From positions 320,001 to 384,000 of the forward strand of contig CAWECG010000004.1 in the NCBI GenBank assembly GCA_963807605.1: a stretch of DNA of 64,000 nucleotides, in the 5' to 3' direction. The notes beneath the pieces were generated by a model. That model saw nothing but the letters and a program-made list of their open reading frames with translations, was not told the DNA's origin and searched no databases. How positions within the stretch are numbered: position 1 is the first letter of the stretch; every line of letters begins with the position of its first letter. This DNA comes from Candidatus Bathyarchaeota archaeon (lineage in GTDB: Archaea > Thermoproteota > Bathyarchaeia > 40CM-2-53-6 > RBG-13-38-9). Below, piece by piece: positions 60,824-64,000 of the stretch. The position numbers and the translations under genes are program-made.

Positions 60824-62075
60824 ATGGACAATAATGAAAGCAACCTGAAGAAGGCACTGGCAAAGATACCGCCCAATCTGATTGACCTACTGGGGAAATT
60901 TCAAGAGATTGAACTTCATGACGTGGAACTCAATGTGGATGAGCTAGAGCTGGTTCTGCCTCAGTTTTCTGCGCCCCTAACAGGGGTCACAGAGGAGGTT
61001 TTGACTCAGAGGCCGACTGAGCTTATCCGTGAGATTTTCACTGTCCCTTCTGTGAACTATACTACCCAGATAGTCGAGGTCAAACTAGGGGCCACAAAGG
61101 CTGAAGGGGGGAAGCCGTGATCGGTCACTTACAATAGGAGGAGAAACCACACCACCATTCCAGCTTCTCAACCAAACGATGAAGAACCCGCCAGTCATAT
61201 CCCTAGATGTATTCGACGCAAAGATCCCCCTTGCAAAACCCGTCAAGATGCACTTCTCAGATGTTCTAGAGGATCCAGCAGCATGGGCGAGACTTGCCGT
61301 TGAGAAGTTTGGCGCTGAAATGATAAACATTCACCTTACAAGTATCGACCCTATGGTCAAGGACACGTCACCCGAGGAAGCATCCAAGACCGTCGAGAAT
61401 ATCCTCCAAGCTGTCAAAGTCCCTGTTGCAATCGGAGGCTGTGGAGACGCACAAAAGGATCTTGAAGTCTTCACGCGAGTTGCCGAGATGGCGAAGGGCG
61501 AAAGGCTACTTTTCAATTCGGTTACATTAGATATGGATATCAAGAAAATGGCTGAAGCCATGAAGAATAATGGGCATGTTGTGATCGCCTTTACACCAAT
61601 GGACATGAACAAGGCCAGAGAACTTAACCGCAAACTCTTCGAGTTTCTGCCGAAAGACCAGATAATCATCGATACAACCACGGCAGCCCTCGGCTACGGC
61701 CTTGACTATGCGTTCACGACTATGCAGCGGTCAAGACTCGCCGGTTTGATGGGAGATACCGAGCTCGCGCAGCCGATGGCCTCTGGGACCACGAATGCCT
61801 GGGCTGCGCGTGAAGCCTGGATGAAGCTGCCTCCAGAATGGGGGCCGACAGAACTTAGAGGCCCGATATGGGAAACGATCACTGCCCTCACTCTCCTTCT
61901 AGCCGGAGTGGATTATTTCATGATGATGCACCCTGCGGCTGTCAAGACTCTCAAAGACACTATCCAATACATGACTGCTAGCGAGAAGTGGACTCCGTGG
62001 CCGCTTCATCGACAACACGACGTCAACCTGTCAACTTCCCAGGACTGGATTGGACTGCGAATTCGCGGTGACTAG
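60824..62075 (+). CDS. cdhD: ACDS delta subunit (corrinoid Fe-S protein small subunit), frameshifted in the G6 run at 61106-61111
   Basis: EVKLGAT..EGG, then in another frame SRDRSLTIGGE, DPAAWA, ALGYGLDY, NAWAAREAW and MMHP. Confidence 0.92.
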
Positions 62076-62076
62076 A

Positions 62077-63498
62077 ATGGCAAGGAAGAGACTCAGCCCA
62101 ATAGACGTTCAGCGACTTCTACCGATGACCAACTGTAAGGAGTGCGGAGAAGAGAACTGCATGGCATTTGCGACTAGGTTAGTTAATCGAGAAGCGAGCC
62201 TCAACCAATGCCCTCCAATTCTACAAGAGAAATACAAGCCCGCCTTCGAGAAGCTGTGGGAGATGCTCAAACCCCCGGTAAGAGAAGTGACCATAGGGGG
62301 GACCGGCCGTCAACTGAAGATCGGCGGCAAATACGTCCTATACCGACATGAATTCGCTTACCACAATCCGACAGCCGTCGCGATCGATATATCAGATGAG
62401 ATGCCCGAAGACGAGCTCTTGACCCGCATAGAAAAGGTTGGATCCTTCACATACAGATACATTGGACAGGATCTCAAGCTTGACGCGTTAGCGGTAAGAG
62501 GTGTCTCGGGCGATCCGAAGACTTTCGCGAAGATTGTGAAGACGATAGTTGCACGGACGGACTTACCGATTATCCTCTGCTCTAGGAATCCGGAAGTTGC
62601 TGAGGCCGGCTTGGCTGCCGCATCTGGAAGAAGGCCCTTGATCTACGCCGCGGACACAACCAACTGGAAGAATATGGCAGAACTTGCCTTGATGTATGAG
62701 AGCCCCGTCGTGGCTTCCACCTCAAATGGACTCGACGAACTTCGATCACTCGTCAAGACCCTCAAGGAATATGGAGTCGAGGACATCGCTCTTGATCCTG
62801 GAACATTCTCCGGAGAAGGCCTAGCAAATACGATATCGAATTTTAGCACACTGAGACTGGCTGCCTGCAAGTATGAAGATGAACTATTTGGTTACCCCAT
62901 AATCGGTATCCCTATGGTTGTCTGGATGAGTGAGAGCGAACTCCCTGAAATCGTGAAATGGCGCGAGTCCTACTTGACCTCACTCTTGATCACAAGGTAC
63001 TCAGACCTAGTTATACTTCACAGCTTGGAAGGATGGGTTCTCCTTCCAAACCTGATACTCAGAGAAAACCTTTACACGGATCCGCGCAAGCCTGTCGCTG
63101 TCGAGGCTGGAATCAAAGCGCTCGGTAAACCAGATATAAATTCGCCTATCCTGGTTACTACAAACTTCGCATTAACGTACTATACTGTGGTAACTGACAT
63201 CGAATCGTTTGGGCTTGATTGTTATCTGATGGTAGTCGACACCGAAGGACTTTCAGTAGAGAGCGCCGTTGCCGGAAGGAAACTAACAGCTGAGAAGATC
63301 TCTCAAGCACTGGAGCAACAAAAGGCAAAAGAGAAGGTAAGCCGCCAGGAACTAATTATTCCTGGAAGAGCTGCGAGGTTGAGCGGTGAGTTGGAGGAAC
63401 TCTCAGGTTGGAAGGTCCTAGTTGGACCACTAGACTCATCTGGAATCCAAAAGTTCATCCGCGAGAAATGGACCCCCCAACCGCAGACGAATCAGTAA
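62077..63498 (+). CDS. cdhE: ACDS gamma subunit (corrinoid Fe-S protein large subunit)
   Basis: LPMTNCKECG..CMAFA..CP, YTDPRKP, TTNFALTY and VGPLDSS motifs. Confidence 0.95.
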   Translation: MARKRLSPIDVQRLLPMTNCKECGEENCMAFATRLVNREASLNQCPPILQEKYKPAFEKLWEMLKPPVREVTIGGTGRQLKIGGKYVLYRHEFAYHNPTAVAIDISDEMPEDELLTRIEKVGSFTYRYIGQDLKLDALAVRGVSGDPKTFAKIVKTIVARTDLPIILCSRNPEVAEAGLAAASGRRPLIYAADTTNWKNMAELALMYESPVVASTSNGLDELRSLVKTLKEYGVEDIALDPGTFSGEGLANTISNFSTLRLAACKYEDELFGYPIIGIPMVVWMSESELPEIVKWRESYLTSLLITRYSDLVILHSLEGWVLLPNLILRENLYTDPRKPVAVEAGIKALGKPDINSPILVTTNFALTYYTVVTDIESFGLDCYLMVVDTEGLSVESAVAGRKLTAEKISQALEQQKAKEKVSRQELIIPGRAARLSGELEELSGWKVLVGPLDSSGIQKFIREKWTPQPQTNQ

Positions 63499-63618
63499 CA
63501 TCTGATCATAAAGTAGCTCATTGTGAGTCAGGCAAGAAATTTAAATCTGAGCACTCTTGGATTGGAGCAACAAAACAGTCCAGGAACTCAATATTCAGAT
63601 TCTAACGAGAGGTCAGTA

Positions 63619-64000
63619 ATGCGGGAACTCATTCATAGCGGGATAATGACACCCAAATACGAGGCAAAAGTCCTAAGCATAATGGTAGAAGGAAAAAGGG
63701 TCCAGCTGACACCTGAACAGGAGGAGATGGCTGTTGCATTTGCCAAAAAATCGGGTACCGAATACGTCGAAGACAAGGTCTTCGTAAGGAACTTCTTAAA
63801 GGATTTCTCTAAAGCTCTGGGTCTAGAAGGCGATCTATCCCCAGAAGGAGTAGATTTCACCGATATTCTACGAATCATTGAACATGATAAAGAGGTCAAA
63901 CTCAATAAGAGCAAAGAGGAGAAAAAGAAAGAGGCGGAGGCTAGGAAAGCAATCCGAGAAGCAAACAAACAACAATTCGGCTTCGCGATCGTTGATGGAC
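63619..64000 (+). CDS. DNA topoisomerase IB (eukaryote-like), N-terminal part; runs off the window
   Basis: MRELIHSGI...LTPEQEEMAVAFAKKSGTEYVEDKVFVRNFLKDF...FGFAIVDG; absent from the ORF track because there is no stop. Confidence 0.85.
   Translation, partial: MRELIHSGIMTPKYEAKVLSIMVEGKRVQLTPEQEEMAVAFAKKSGTEYVEDKVFVRNFLKDFSKALGLEGDLSPEGVDFTDILRIIEHDKEVKLNKSKEEKKKEAEARKAIREANKQQFGFAIVDG

Noticed and set aside
61118-61120. TGA readthrough in cdhD
   Set aside because: Homology continues in a different frame, so a one-base indel in the G-run explains it.

Overview
Archaeal chromosomal segment, most consistent with a Bathyarchaeia-like (TACK) genome. The clues are TFB, a eukaryote-like topoisomerase IB, BHB-intron tRNAs, an H4MPT-dependent Wood-Ljungdahl gene set with no mcr/mtr in the window, and a bacterial-type class I GAPDH. 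In order the window holds: tfb; a triple-intron tRNA-Gln; the modified archaeal mevalonate cluster (AcnX small/large, UbiD, UbiX); coaD; a ~1.1 kb low-coding locus in which a small winged-helix-like ORF is flanked by two families of repeated 16-bp palindromes; porCDAB; an AOR operon with two uncharacterised Cys-rich proteins, divergent from gyaR/glycerate kinase/PfkB; gap/fbp/tpi; tatA, mobA, a flippase, a metE-like gene and iscS; tRNA-Cys; hsp20; a ParB-ASCH fusion; tRNA-Arg/argS; and a ~25 kb C1 cluster (cooC, metF/metV, mch, fwdDBAC, mtd, ftr, citG-, cofE- and rimK-like, cooC, cdhCDE). That cluster is interrupted by a DUF296/split-transketolase/PanB insert. At least five indels break core genes (tfb, porA, gap twice, cdhD), which suggests consensus errors in the assembly. 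All protein calls come from motif recognition by eye; no database searches were run.
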